Assembly (NCBI RefSeq): GCF_018977255.1
Contig: NW_024704742.1
Span: 93,560,001 to 93,624,000, forward strand
Direction: 5' to 3'
DNA: 64,000 bases
Origin: Callorhinchus milii
Lineage: Eukaryota
Notes under the pieces: generated by a model
Seen by the model: only the letters and a program-made list of their open reading frames with translations
What the model was told of the DNA's origin: nothing
Databases searched by the model: none
Shown here: piece by piece, positions 25,958 through 38,838 of the stretch
Layout: each line of letters opens with the position of its first letter
Numbering within the stretch: the stretch's first letter is position 1
Position numbers and translations under genes: made by a program

Positions 25958-26091
25958 AGGGCAAAATACTGCAGATACTGGAAATCTGAAATAAAAACAG
26001 AAGTTCTTGGGAACACTCAGCAGGTCAGGCAGCATCTATGGAGAGAGGAAAGTGAGTTAATGTTTCAGGTCGATGACCTTTCGTCAGAACT
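25958..26091 (-). mobile_element. Penelope-like element terminal-repeat fragment with minimal hammerhead ribozyme motif
   Basis: Minus strand AGTT-CTGACGA-AAGGTC-ATC-GACCT-GAAACaTT-AACT. Confidence 0.65.
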
Positions 26092-26599
26092 TTTGTTAAG
26101 GTTTCAAAGGGCAATTTCAGGATAGAAACCAAAAAGTATTTCATTACACAGAAGATAATGAATAACTGGAACAGGCCAGGAAGGGTGATTGAGGCCAGGA
26201 TGTTGGACTCAGCAAACACAGCAGCTTGATGCTGTGATGAGAACGAACAGTGCATTACTAGGCATTGTAACACAGTCAGCACTGTACAGCTACAGATTTC
26301 ACACTTTCCCAAATAATTACAGGGGTTAAGGGTAGTTTGAGGACCTGACTCAAGGTAAACATCTACTTTTTTAGGTGGTCAAACACAGTATACAGTGTTG
26401 AAAAAAGAAGGCAGATTTTATCAGCATCCTCTAGATAAAACTGATCATTCATTTCATGGCCTTTTATAGAATATTGCTGTGCATACTTTGTCTGCTGCGT
26501 ACACCTACAAAATACACGGTTACTACACTTCATAGTAAATCCCGCATAAGCGGTTTGAGACGTCCTCCTGATTTTAAAGGTTTTAATATTAAATGCGAG

Positions 26600-27350
26600 G
26601 ATTTTTTTTCTGTTTGTTCTTTATTCTTAAACTGTAATTTTATTGACTTCTTTTAAAACATGTACAGTTTATCATACAATACAAACTTTAACGTACCCAG
26701 AGGGTAAACATCTTCGTAACTTAGACCATGGGAATCGCTCCAATCAGTAACAATTATATAGAATCATTATGTAACTCAGGAACCAATTTACACAAATAAA
26801 ACACAAGCTCAGGTCCCTGGAACCTCTCCAACATTTACTGCCAACTCAAACTTTGTTATTAGTATGGCTGCCAAGTTAATAGCAATAGGAATTTCCCCAT
26901 CCAAAGTTAAGCTCCTTGCTTCCCTAAACCCTAACCCTATCCCTATTCACTCTCCACTCTCCATTTACTTGTAGCTCACTTCTTTTTTGTCACACTGATA
27001 TTGAGGTTAATGTCCGATAAAGTAAAGTGTTTTGAATAGGTATATGTATACAGGCACGTATGTGTAAATATTTGTTTGTGTATGTATATATTTATGTTAA
27101 GATTGTGTGTGTGTTTGTGTGTTTGAATTTGTGTGTTTATGTGTGGGTCTATGTATGTGTTTGTGTGTGTATTGGTGTCCGTGTGGAGAATGTGCTGAAT
27201 AGGTTTCCATTTTTTAAGTATACCTACAGACCGTTTTGTCTCTGTAAAAAAGTGTAAAATAAATGTAATCCAATGTTGTCTAAATGATGAATACAATCAA
27301 TTGAAAGCATCAAGTGACCCAAGATTTTGAGAGCTTCTCTTTCCACTTTA
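26600..27350 (-). mobile_element. Probable L1/Tx1-like LINE 3' end
   Basis: ORF 26976-27296 begins FRQHWITFILHF...KKWKPIQHIL, resembling L1 ORF2 C-termini. It is followed by a (CA)-rich UTR, two AATAAA and an A-rich tail near 26600. Confidence 0.4.
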
Positions 27351-30300
27351 CTATTTGTTGGTATCTGCATACATAAGGTGAATAATAAGTTTACATTTTT
27401 TCCAGGCCCTTGGGAGGTCCTCCAAATGTGAAAGGCGCTATATAAATGCAATTTTTTGTTGTTGTTACTATACTTTACCTGAGTGCCGTTATGACGGAAT
27501 TAATTTAAATTGGCAGCCACACAGATCCTGTTTGCATGTAACTTTTTGTCTTATATCCACTGTTAGAGGTGGTGTGCGTACATATGATACCTTACAATCT
27601 TTGTACATTCTGTCAGAGACTGATTTGAATAAGGTTTATGTAGCCAAGTTATTGAAGTAAGGATGTGCAATGACAGACTGCAGCCAGTGCAGAGTAGATT
27701 TACAAATAAACAACAACTTGCATTTATATAACGCCCTTCACATAGAATAATGTCCCAGAATACTTAAATTAAAGAATCCGTGATTATGAAAGTGGTATCA
27801 AATGGCACTTGTGAGAAATAAATGGCTTTGTTGATCAGTGCAAGTTCATGCAGGGCTCTGAGAATCTATTTGAAGAGAAAGGCACTCGCTTCTCAGCTCC
27901 AAATCACTGAATCAACCAGCATTGTGTTTCACCTGCCTGCTGTAAAACATGCCGACAGCCTGAGTGCTCTCACAACTGTTCCCACTGTCACTGCAGGCAC
28001 TGGGGGCTATTCTGGGAAACCTGTGTTTGTGGGAAGATTTGCGGTACAAGTTTGAGCTCAGATATAACCAGCCCAAAGTGGGTGAGGCTGCGCTTTTCAA
28101 CCTGGGTGGTCTTTTTATTCCCTGATCTTTATAGACTGGAGATGCTCAGAATTGTATCTGAGGTTAACAAGGTTCAAGTGTGGGCCACCCATGCTCCGAT
28201 GTATCTACAATTCCTTTTTTTGGGGAAAGTTTTGCTTGCTTGTATTTGCAAGAATTTCTATTCATGTTAAAAAAATGACATATTCTTCAACCTTCTTGAG
28301 TCCGTTCATCAGAAACCCATACTTTTTTTACTGTCCTTTGCACATTTCTTTGTTTGTCCTCCGTTTCAATATATTTTCTTGTTTCTTGTTTAGTTCTGTT
28401 GCTTATTTATTTGAAATAAAGGAATGAAAGTGCTTGAAGTATTTGGAAATAACTGGAAGCGAAATGCATGTAGACTGCAGCTGTGAAACCTGTGACCCGG
28501 TCAATTCGATTAACCCTTTGTGAGATTTTCTTTGCCCAATTGCAGTAGAGACCAAAGTATAATTTTGTCTCAAAAAAATTAAGGTGGTGCAGAATTGCAA
28601 GCAAAATTCTTAAATTCAGCCTTAATTCAGAAGGCTAGTTTTCCACAGTTCTTAAAAAGAACGAACTTCCAAATTCTCCTACAAAAAAATGTCATTACAC
28701 TTTACAGTTTATTCTGTAAAGCACTTAGAGACATTCTCCTGATGTGAAAGGCGCTATATCAAATGTAAGGATTATTAATAGTAGTGGTAAGACTGGATTT
28801 AAGATTTTTTTGCAATTCTGTGCATCTTACATTTTAAGGCAAAATACACTACAAAATTACATTTGTATAGAGCCTTTCAAATGTAATTTTGTATTATACT
28901 CTATTGACCAGCCAGACTAAGACTAGATAAAATTATGAGCCTTTGGAAAAAATTGAAAAAAGAATGCAGGTCCAGATTAGAACAGAGTAAATTCGGGCCC
29001 TTCTGTGCCAAGAGTGATGCCAGAACATTCACACTAAACTAACGGAAAGACATCTGATGCCTGGTTTAGGTTACTGCTGCAACAGCGATGGCATCTCTGA
29101 CTATACCGTTATGTCCAGAAGCTAAGCAAGGCTACTGTGGTTACTTTGCTCAATAGCGATCAGTTGTAAGAATCCTGTCTAATTTCTTTTCCCCTCCCTA
29201 ACACAAGGTGTTGAGGCCAAATGCAGTGCCATTCCATCTAGGAGCAACTATCTCGACAACTATGTGCAAATATAGTGCATTTTACATAGAACATTGTGGA
29301 GCCCAAGGAGAGAGGGAGAAGAGGGAGTAGGAGCGAAGTGGCTGAAGGTACAGTCAAAGAGGAAGGTTTTTAGATGTTTTTTCAAAGTAGAGAGGGAGAA
29401 TGCAAGGTAAAGGGATTTAAGGAGAGTGTTTCAGAGAGGGAGGGCATAGTGGCTGAAAGCTGATCCACAGAAGGTGGATCAGAGAGGGTAGGGGAAGGTT
29501 AAGCAGGCCTGAGTTAGCAGTGTGGAGGCAGTGAGCGGTGGAATATAACCACAGTAGATCACGGAGCTAGGGTAGCACAGGCTTAGAAATTAAACCTGGG
29601 ACCTTCCAAAACATAAAACAATCACAAGAGCACATCATCTCTCGTCTTCAGTTTCTTCTCAAGCAAATGGTTTGAGGTGAGTTAAGATCAGTTTGGAACT
29701 TGGAGACCCTGCAAGAGTCAATCTTCCCAAATGGATATGCTTGTTTTGATACAAATCCAACTTCTTTGCATAAACTAAATATTCTGAAAGAGGTTTTGTG
29801 GTAAACGTCCCTCATAATTAAAATCATTCAGCTATTTCCCATATCACTGGTGAATCAATGTATATCAGGGGAATTTCAGCATGTTTATATCAGTGGTTCT
29901 GTTGTGTTATGTGGTTTGACGCCGTGCCACAAATTTGGCTAGAATTAGATTTTATAGCTACGGTATTTGTATTCAGCCTGTGTGAGTATGTTGAAATAAA
30001 AGTCAAAAGTCTTATTTCAAGTGAGCTTTTTGTCTCAGTCTCATGCAGGCTGGATATACCCCACACAATGGGTAAATCAAAACTCTATTGAAACCTCATC
30101 AACCTTTGTCAAATTTGGTTAAAGCAGGTGAGAGTCAGAAAGGACATTTTGCTATTGATACAGCAAAGGGCAACTAGATTGATGCCTAGAATCAGGCATG
30201 AATTATAAGGAAGGACCAAGGAAACTGGGAGTATTCACATTTGGAGAAGAGAAGCTAAAATATAATAATAATCCTTGCATTTGATATAACACTTTATCAT

Positions 30301-31364
30301 GTTGTTGCGATGTTTCAAAGCGCTTCATTTTTTTTGTTGAAGGAATTATTATCCCCAGAAAAGTGATCCACCAATCGACTAACAGCCAGGTTCCTACTTA
30401 CTGTTAGGTAAACAGAGGCGTGTGGAGTAAAGAAACTTGCCTCCGAGCACTCTGAGATGCTGCTGGGGTGAAGGGTGCTATATAAATGGAAGTTGTTGTT
30501 GTGCCTAGTGTTTTGATTCCTCCTGGAATCAAACCCAGGCCCCCTCCCTTGCAAGGCAAGGGGTCTAACTAATACGCTGCAGAACTCCACTGTTAGCTTA
30601 TATAACCTTATTAAAGTATTCAAGATCCTGAACCTTATAAAAATGAACTTAACACTAATAATGCTTAAACGGTGAGACAACCAAGAACTTGATGGGAAAA
30701 CAGCAATATGAACTCCAAAAGTGATAGGACATTTGCCTTTCTTATACTGTATCTAATTGATCTGGATTTGGCAGAGACTAGCAAAACTGTTTTGGTTACT
30801 AGAACACAGTTTGAGAGGAGACCTAATAGAGGGGTCCAAAATTCTGAAAGGTTTTGATAACCTAAATGAAGAGATGCTACTTCTATTTGGTTAGTGAGTT
30901 AGTGAGTTACTAGAAAAACATAGGGAAAGGTCGAGACTTCTTTTCCCCAAATTTGGCAGATAGGCAGCAGTGGTTTAATGAAATAGTGTATTGGAAAACA
31001 ACAGCATAAATTGTACCTTGTGCCAGAAAAAGCAATTTGGGATGTAAAGTATATTTTCCAGGGAACAAGATATGTGCATCACCAACTCATGAAAACTCAA
31101 TGTTGACCCAAGATCTCTTCGGAGCTGAGTTCTCACAGCTCAAACATGGGAGATGCACTTTAAATCTTGTGGTTCTTTTCCCAGCATAAGTTTCACTGCT
31201 GCATTTTCAATGAATGCTTTTTCAACCACATTGTCGAAAAATGTGGTGTCGTTAATTTGAGGAGAAGAGAGCAAAAGAAGGAAATATACCCTAAACACGA
31301 GAATTCAATGATGGTGAGGAACAGAGAAATCCAGCAATGCAGGTGCATAGATAATAGTAGTAGG

Positions 31365-31860
31365 TGCACTTGATATAGCACCTTATCATGTCTTCGAGAT
31401 GTCTCAAAGCGCTTCACAGAATATACTGTAAAGTGAATTGACTGTATTTTTTGTGGGCGAAACGCGGAAGCCAATTGAGCACAGCAGTGTCCCACAAACA
31501 GTCATGGATTGAGTGACCACTTTATTTTTCTTATTTTTTTTTGAAGGAATTAGTACACCCAGAAAAGCAACCCGGCAATCGACTAAGAACTGGGCTCCTA
31601 CTTTCTGCTAGGTAAACAAGATTGTGTAGAGTAAGGAAATCTTCCCAATGTTTCGTCCTGCCAGGACTTGAACCCAGATCTCGCTGGTGAGCTTAATATA
31701 TGTAGAAAAATATACAGGTAAAAAATGTAACAGTAACATTTCGCCCACAAAATATACAGTCAATTTACTTTACAGTATATTCTCTGAAGCGCTTTGAGAT
31801 GTCTCAACAACGTAATAAGGCGCTGTATCAAATGCAAGGATTATGATTATTATTATCTTT
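31365..31860. mobile_element. Long-subfamily tRNA SINE (-, 31365-31690) and SINE tail fragment (+, 31740-31860)
   Basis: Matches to family body and tail. A further mosaic copy lies at ~30260-30590. Confidence 0.8.
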
Positions 31861-31869
31861 ATTTTATTA

Positions 31870-32490
31870 TATACAGGTAGAAAGACCATTGAAAAAGAAA
31901 GTGTAATAATGTGTTTTATATATAGGGGTGTTCAATACAAAACCAAAAAATGATATTAAATTTATAGAAATGTTGTTTGGGTTATAATTAAGAATATTTT
32001 GTCCAGTTCTGACAATTCCATTAAAGCCATAGGGAGAGTGCAGCCAACCCTCACGTTAATGATAATATGGGTGAAGGGCTTTAATTATGATGATTTTCGA
32101 CTTGAAACCTTGGACTGGTTTCACTGGAACAATGGCGATTAAGAGAGAATCTAATAGAGATCTTCAAAATTTTAAAGGTTTTGAGATGATAACTAGAATA
32201 GATTACTCTTGCTGGTTGGTGAATCAGTACCAAAGGTGCAGAAACTCAAGATTGTCTCTCGGTGGTTACAGGGTAGACGTTTTCTATTCAGAATATTATT
32301 AGAAAATAGAATGCTTTGCCACAAGTAACTATTGAAACTAGGGTCATAACAACATTTAAAAGGCCTTTGGGTAGTATTTGAAAGAAAATAACATAGAAGT
32401 ATGAGAGAAAAGAGCAGGAAATTAGGATGAAATCCATTGGAGGGGATAACACTAACATGGTTCTATGTGCTGTTAATTCTGTGAAACTAT
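31870..32490 (+). mobile_element. Highly degraded CR1 3' fragment
   Basis: Residual motifs gtccagttctg, gattaagagag..tctaataga and a CR1-like tail. Confidence 0.55.
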
Positions 32491-32739
32491 GCTTCTACTC
32501 AGCCTTACAATTGACCAACTAGTAACTATCCTCCTTGAGAGGGAGGTAAGTGGTGTCTCCTTGGGGCTGAGCTGGCTCCAATGTTACATTTGGTAACGGA
32601 AAATTGGAATCGAATAAATTGTCTGTACCTAGTGCATTAGTCTGGTTCCTGAGTCAGGCTCATCCGCAGTACTCCAGGGCACTGATGATTACGCCCTAGC
32701 CAGTCTGATTCATGTGCAGGACTTATTTGGAGGGGTAAA

Positions 32740-33118
32740 AATGTTGCTGGGAGCAGGGATTCTTCCCACTCATTGCCTACTAACCCTGAAAGACAAAGCC
32801 CTAACGGATAGCTTGGTCCCAACTGGACAAGCAGCAGGATGCCAGACAATATTCACAATGGCAAGCAATGCTGTGTCAGCTGGTTAAACTCTACCAAAGC
32901 CAGTGTGCAATCTGGGTTCCCATGCCATGGCTACTGTCAACCTGGAATTAATCCTTTTTGGAATTAGGCAGCAGGATGTATCTTTCTCAGAAGAGCTTGT
33001 GCATTCCAGTTGAGGCACAGGTGTAGGTGGCATGTATTTGTTGATCTCTGTCTGGCTTGAATACTTAAGCACGGTGATGGGTTTCCGTATATGTCAGACA
33101 TCTGGCTGACCAAAAAAA
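32740..33118 (+). mobile_element. Unclassified interspersed repeat, longest copy
   Basis: Ends GTCAGACATCTGGCTGAC-CAAAAAAA; reverse complement of the other three copies. Confidence 0.7.
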
Positions 33119-33153
33119 GCACATCTTGGGAATGTTTATCTATTAGAACATAA

Positions 33154-33512
33154 TACAGTGAAGCCTCGTTACAATGTTGTATTTGGGATTCATACAATCT
33201 CACTCTGTGTTACAGTGAGGCATGATAGCACGTTTTCTTGAACATACGTTCAACTGGCCTGCACAAAAGTTTGTCAAGTTCATCTACAAAAATGCACTGT
33301 CACTATACTCTGCTGTAGTAGTGACCAGTCTCTTTGGTCTCCCAACAAAATCAATTTTCTTGATTGAATATTTTTCTTGATATATGCCATCAATCAAGAA
33401 AAACCTGGAAGCACACTGCCGATTGAACACAGATTTATCCATACTAGTGTGAATGTCTGATCTTGACGGCCCCAATGGGCCGAAACTGGCCCACGGGCCG
33501 TAGTTTGGCTGG
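33154..33512. mobile_element. Possible DNA transposon remnants (Tc1/pogo-like end at 33156; hAT-like end at ~33487-33512)
   Basis: TA|CAGTGAAGCCTCGTTACAA and GGCCCACGGGCCGTAGTTTG resemble common TIR-proximal motifs; partner ends not found. Confidence 0.3.
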
Positions 33513-33642
33513 CAACAACAATAAATTACATTTGTATGTGCCTTTCACTTCAGGAAGACGTTCCAAGGCACTAGTCTACAGCAATTCCTGTGAAGTGCTT
33601 TGAGATGCTCTCCTGATATGAAAGGCCCAATAACAAATTCAA

Positions 33643-33935
33643 GTGGAGTCCTGTAGCTCAGTGGTTAGAACACTCGCTTTGCAAGTGAGAGACCTGAGTT
33701 CAATTCCAGGCAGGGCGAAACCTTGGGCAAGTTTCCTTACTCCACACGCCTAATAATAATCCCCCCAAAAACAATAATAAATTGGTCATTTTCAATCTAC
33801 GACCGATTGTGGGACATTGCTGTGCGCAATTGGCTGCCATGTCCGCCCACAAATATACAGTCAATTCACTTTACAGTGTGTTCTGTGAAGCGCTTTGGGA
33901 CGTCCTCCCGACGTGAAAAGCACTATATCAAATGC
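33643..33935 (+). mobile_element. Young tRNA SINE truncated just before its tail by the inverted-duplication junction
   Basis: Stops at TATATCAAATGC; lacks AAGG(ATT)n. Confidence 0.9.
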
Positions 33936-36879
33936 TAGAAGCAGAGAGTTACTGCTTCTCTATCTGACTCTCTGCAATTTGAGGCTGCACCAGCTTTAGG
34001 AATTGATGTCAGGCACTGATTCCATTTCCTGGTAGGCTCATTGTTGTCTTTAGATCCTGCACTGGAGAGCAATGAAAATTCAACTGCTTTTGCACTGGTA
34101 GCCAGGCAGACTTGATAATTGTCTAAGACCTATGTGTAATGCAGTATGAGGTGAGAAATGCAGGATGTGATGGGATGATCATCATCAGTTTAATTATCAT
34201 TCAGTGGCACTGCTGGGGATGTTCCTATGAAATCTATTCCGGGAGGACCAACTGCCCCCAGATTTTTGTACAAAATGTTTCTGTGTAAGCGTGGTTTCTG
34301 CAGCGATTAAACCATTGGGCAGCTATTTTGGCTCTGCCAATACATGGACGTAACATTTCAGTGCCAGTTTGAGGAACACTGCCTCAACTTGCATTAGGGT
34401 CACAGGAGGTCACAGAGGTGGGGTATTCCGTTTGAAATATTGGGTTGAAGCTTGTGACGTTTCATCATAATTATTCTGAGGAATGTGTCATGAAAGGTCA
34501 TAAATTTATCCCTCTTGGTAGCCTGGGTGTGAAAAGTTGCTGTATGAATCTCAGTCCATGTCCTAGGTTACCCTTTAGTGCTGTGGCACAGATCAGGGAG
34601 ATGCTTCTAGAAAGCAATGAAAGGTTTTGACTTCAATTAGATCATCAGTGTCTTATGTTTGACACAATGGTGCATCTCTTGAAATCTCACTGTGCCAATG
34701 ATTAAAACTTTCATTTTGGAGCTCAGTAAAATCTCAAGGTAATTGAAAGTGTCTCTGTTTAAGCGTGTAGGATTTAAGAGGAAGCGTGATGCATACGTAA
34801 GGGAGAAGAGAATATATGGGTTTAGGAGGCATGGAGGTGTTTGTGGACAGTAAAGAGGGGTATGGACTAGTTGTGCCCAATGGCCAGTGTCTGTCCTGTA
34901 TCATACTATGTAATTTCTTCAAAGTCTCACTGTTTCAGCAAGATCTAGGAGCCTCTCGGGTAATGTATAGCCAGCGCATAACTGCACTGTTACATTGTAC
35001 CATAGGCACTGTCTCACTCAATGTAAGCCACTCACTCCAACAGTCCTGTGAACTGAGCCAAATGCTCAATGTTGCTTGCTTTTACGCCATTCATTGGCCA
35101 TTGGGCACAGTTGGAGTGAAAGCGAAGAAGAGAACAAATGTGTCTGTGACAGGAATAATTAGTGCTCAGACAGCAGAGCATGGGTATGGGTTTCCCCAGA
35201 GCTTTGCTTTCTATTTGCTAAGTTGCACTCCATTTCCACTAGAGGTTACTGTGACACTAAGGGACAGGAAAGCTGCTTCTAACCATGCTCCTTGTACCTT
35301 GTCTAGCAGACAACACTTGAGGGAGTTGAAAATTTGGTAGTTTCATGAGTGCCTGTTGAATTAGTCATCACTTTTGTCCAGCAGATCTACATTGCTGAGC
35401 GGTATGCTTATTCTTACCAAAGGAACTGTGTGCCCTTTGATGACCTACTGGAATGGCTTTAAGCAAGTAATTCCCACACAGCAATGTCTCCAACATTTCC
35501 CATCATTGTTCCGACAACCAAAAGTAAGTACTGTACTACAAATGCGCTCAAATAAATTGCTCGATGTACAGGTGGAACGGAACACTTTGCGGAATGATCT
35601 ATGAAAGGGACATTTTCTTTCTTAAAATGTGTCTAGCAATTATTTTGGGTGGCGAGAGAGAATAGCCAAAAGAGCCACACATCGTATTTGTTAGAATAAC
35701 ACACATTGATGATTTTTGACACTCTTGTGTCGCTACATTCTGTGCTCGCAAATAAACAAAAGGTTTGCCAAATATCTTTTACACAGCTCGGGGGCTTTTA
35801 AAATGTTGAGCTGTTTGAAGGATGGGAAAAATTTAAATAGAAAATTGGTACAGCTTATTCTTAGAATGCTTATTCTATAGGAAGAAGTGGTTTCTTTTCC
35901 TACTGCACTAACCTATTGTATCAGACGGAGCTCGCTTCTGAATCTGCTGCAGTGTTTAACTTACTTAGTAAGTCCCATGATCAAGTATTTCCGGTCTTTC
36001 AGGTATAAAATGTTACATATGCTGTTTTTATACAGGACGACCCCGCTGTTAAGTCCCTCAGTAGAGTGTGAATTTTAGTTTAACAAGGGAGCCCTGTGGG
36101 AGTGTCAGAACTGTTTCCCAAGGTGTCAGCCTGGCTTGGTTGGTAGCATTCTTGCCTCTCTGTCAGAAGGTTGTGGGTTCAAGCCCCAAAGAAGGTCTTT
36201 GAGCATGCAGTCTGGCATGATACTCCATTCCTCCATGCCTGAGGAATGCTGTGTTGTCAGAAGTGTCGTTCTTCAGATGAGATGTTAAACTGAGGTCCTG
36301 CCCGTCTGATCAGATTCCGTGACACTATTTGAGTTTCTCCCAGGGTCGTGATCAACACTACCCCATATAAAATCGGCCATTCACTTCATGGCTGTTTGTG
36401 GGACACTGCTGAGAACAAACTGTCTGACACACTTGCCTACAAATACAATCACTGTACTGCACAGTAAAATTCTGTGAAGCACTTTGAGTTGTCTTGACAA
36501 CATGATTAGGTGCTATATTAAAGATTATTATTCATGTTCTTGTTATTGAATGTGGTACAATTTCAGCTCCTACTGGGGCCTGGTCAGCTCTTGGTACTAA
36601 AAATGGATGACTTTGAATTGTCAGGTCACTGCTAATGTTACTGGAGGCACACTGAACATGTGCTCTGTATGCAGGATGTACCACTTTTCACTAGTCAAGT
36701 GACATCAACAGACACTTGGGCATCACAACATTTATCAACATGCCTCCTGTTATTTGTGTGTAAGATTTTCCATGAGGAAATTTAACATTTTACAATAATA
36801 ATCGCACCAAATGAATGAATTTTCTATTTAAAAATTTCCATCCTTCAAAAAAATATAACATTTAAAAAAGGCCCTGATC
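33929..36879 (+). repeat. Left arm of 2.95-kb inverted duplication
   Basis: Reverse complement of 51913-54864. Identical predicted ORFs on opposite strands, e.g. 34816-35340(+) and 53452-53976(-). Confidence 0.97.
36124..36530 (+). mobile_element. Deu-type SINE, near full length (mirror copy ~52262-52668, minus)
   Basis: GTCAGCCTGGCTTGGTTGGTAGC head, CAGATGAGATGTTAAAC core, L2-like tail. Confidence 0.75.
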
Positions 36880-36964
36880 TACATTTAAAAGAATATTTGG
36901 CAAACCCTTTGGTTACTCTTCAGCATTTCAAGATTCTACCCTGTGAGGAAGGTGCTATATTAAA

Positions 36965-37420
36965 ACAGCAACTTGCATTTATATAGCGCCCTTCATGCAA
37001 GGCAGTGTCTCGGGGTGCTTAACAGTGGCTCCGACACTGAGCCAAGGGGAGGTGAAGGTAAGCATGTTCGAAGAGGAATGTCTTCAGGTGTGATCTAAAA
37101 ATGGGGAAGGAGGGGGCAAGGTGGAGGGATTGAGGGAGAGAATTCCAAGGTTTTGGGGCATAGTGGCTGAAAGCACGGGTGCCTAAGGTGGAGGGGACAA
37201 GGGGCAAGCAGGAGACAGAGCCAACCAAGTGGAGGCAGAGGGTGGTGGTAAGCAGGTCGGACAGGTAGGGAGGTACCAGGGCATGAAGGGATTTGAAGAA
37301 AAGTCTGAGAATTTTGAAGTTATTTTGTTCTGTGATAAAGAAACATTGGAGCCTGGTGAGGACTGGTGTGATGCGGTACGGAGTTTTGAGAGGGTGAGTA
37401 TACAGGCGGCAGAGTTTTTA
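36965..37420 (-). mobile_element. L2 3' fragment
   Basis: LGTRAFSHYAPKPWNSLP...LKTFLF. Confidence 0.8.
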
Positions 37421-38446
37421 AACAAGCTCTTCCATTTTGCATAGTTTGCCTTTTTTAGATCCTCCTTTCTTGATCTTTCACCTTTTATCCCAGTCCTTTT
37501 GCAGAAAATTAGCTTTATAAAATCATGTATACCATGATGTGTTGCAGAAGCACGTGAAGATCCAGAGTTTTGCATAAGATTTTCTTCAGGACACTGTGGG
37601 GGAAAGAAGATCTTGTCTTGTAAAAAAACGCACAAAAGTGGAGGACCTTCTGCCTCTATTAAATTGTCTATTAAATTATCTATTATCTATTAAATTGTAA
37701 GTCAACAGAGAGCGGAGCTGGTAGATTAGGAAAACTCAGTTAATTATACAATAATATGAGATGACATTGATGTAGGGCTGTAATGGGCAGTTTCAGAAAA
37801 AACACCAGAAATTACCCAGTGGATAATTAACGACTGGAACAGGTTATCAGGGAATGGTGATTGAGGACAGGACACTGTAGGGAAGTGCCTACTATCATTA
37901 ACAAAAAGCTTGATACTGTGATTAGAGGATGTTCAAGTGAGTATTTTGAAGGATTAAGAATCAAATGGGCCGAAGAGCCTCCTCATCCGAACTTCTCTTG
38001 TGATCTTGTGAATGAACTTACATTTTTCTAGCATTTTATGTGGAAAGTGCTTCATGAGGAATTACATTTCTTTCATCTATCATTTTGTGTTCATCAAGGT
38101 CCCACGAACCAATATGAGGTTAATGTTCAATTTATCTGGCGGATTGTTGACCAGGAAGTCAGGAGAGATTTTTCTCTTCAAATGGTATCATGGGAACTCT
38201 GACAACGCAGCACTCCTCCAACAAGGTCTGACTGCCTGTTCAGGTGTTAATTGAAAAGTGAGAAGACTTTCTCTTGGTGCTCTGAACAACAATCCCCCAG
38301 ATAAATTGGCCATTCACTTCATAAACTATGAGCAGATTTGCAGTCGCTGCAATTGTGAAGCACTTTAAGATGTTTGAGTGTTAGAGGTTCTATGCCAAAG
38401 GTTAGGATTATTATTGGTAATACATAAAGAACATATGTTCTGTAGA

Positions 38447-38838
38447 CAACAACAACAACTTGCACTTATATAGCACCCTCCATGCAGGGTAGCGTCTCAT
38501 AGCGCTTAACAGTGGCGGAGCCTGACTCTGAGCCAGGGGGAGGGGAGGTGGCCGTAAGCACGGTCGAACAGGAAAGTTTGAGGGAGGGTGGGTGTTCCAG
38601 AGCTTTGGGGTGTAGTGGCTGAAAGCACGACCTCTGATGGTGGGGTGTAGGGTGTGAGGGACAAGCAGGAGGCCGGTGCCAGTTGAGTGGAGGTGCCGGG
38701 TGGTGGATTGGGAAGTGAGGAGGTCAGAGAGGAAGGGAGGTGCCAGGAAGTGAATAGATTTGAACACAAAAGTGAGAATCTTGAAGTTGATCCGTTCGGT
38801 GATGGGGAGCCAGTGGAGCCTGGCCTAAGCTGGACTAC
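38447..38838 (-). mobile_element. L2 3' fragment
   Basis: LAPPFLSDLL...IRGRAFSHYTPKLWN; (GTT)n tail. Confidence 0.85.

Noticed and set aside
26925..26948. Telomere-like CCCTAA run
   Set aside because: Only about three degenerate units.
27822..28270. Overlapping short ORFs with a faint hAT-like 'RFPRIA' word
   Set aside because: Lacks the rest of the hAT dimerisation motif; not supportable.
34816..35340. 174-aa ORF present identically twice (also 53452-53976)
   Set aside because: Identity reflects the recent duplication; no recognisable domain or splice structure.
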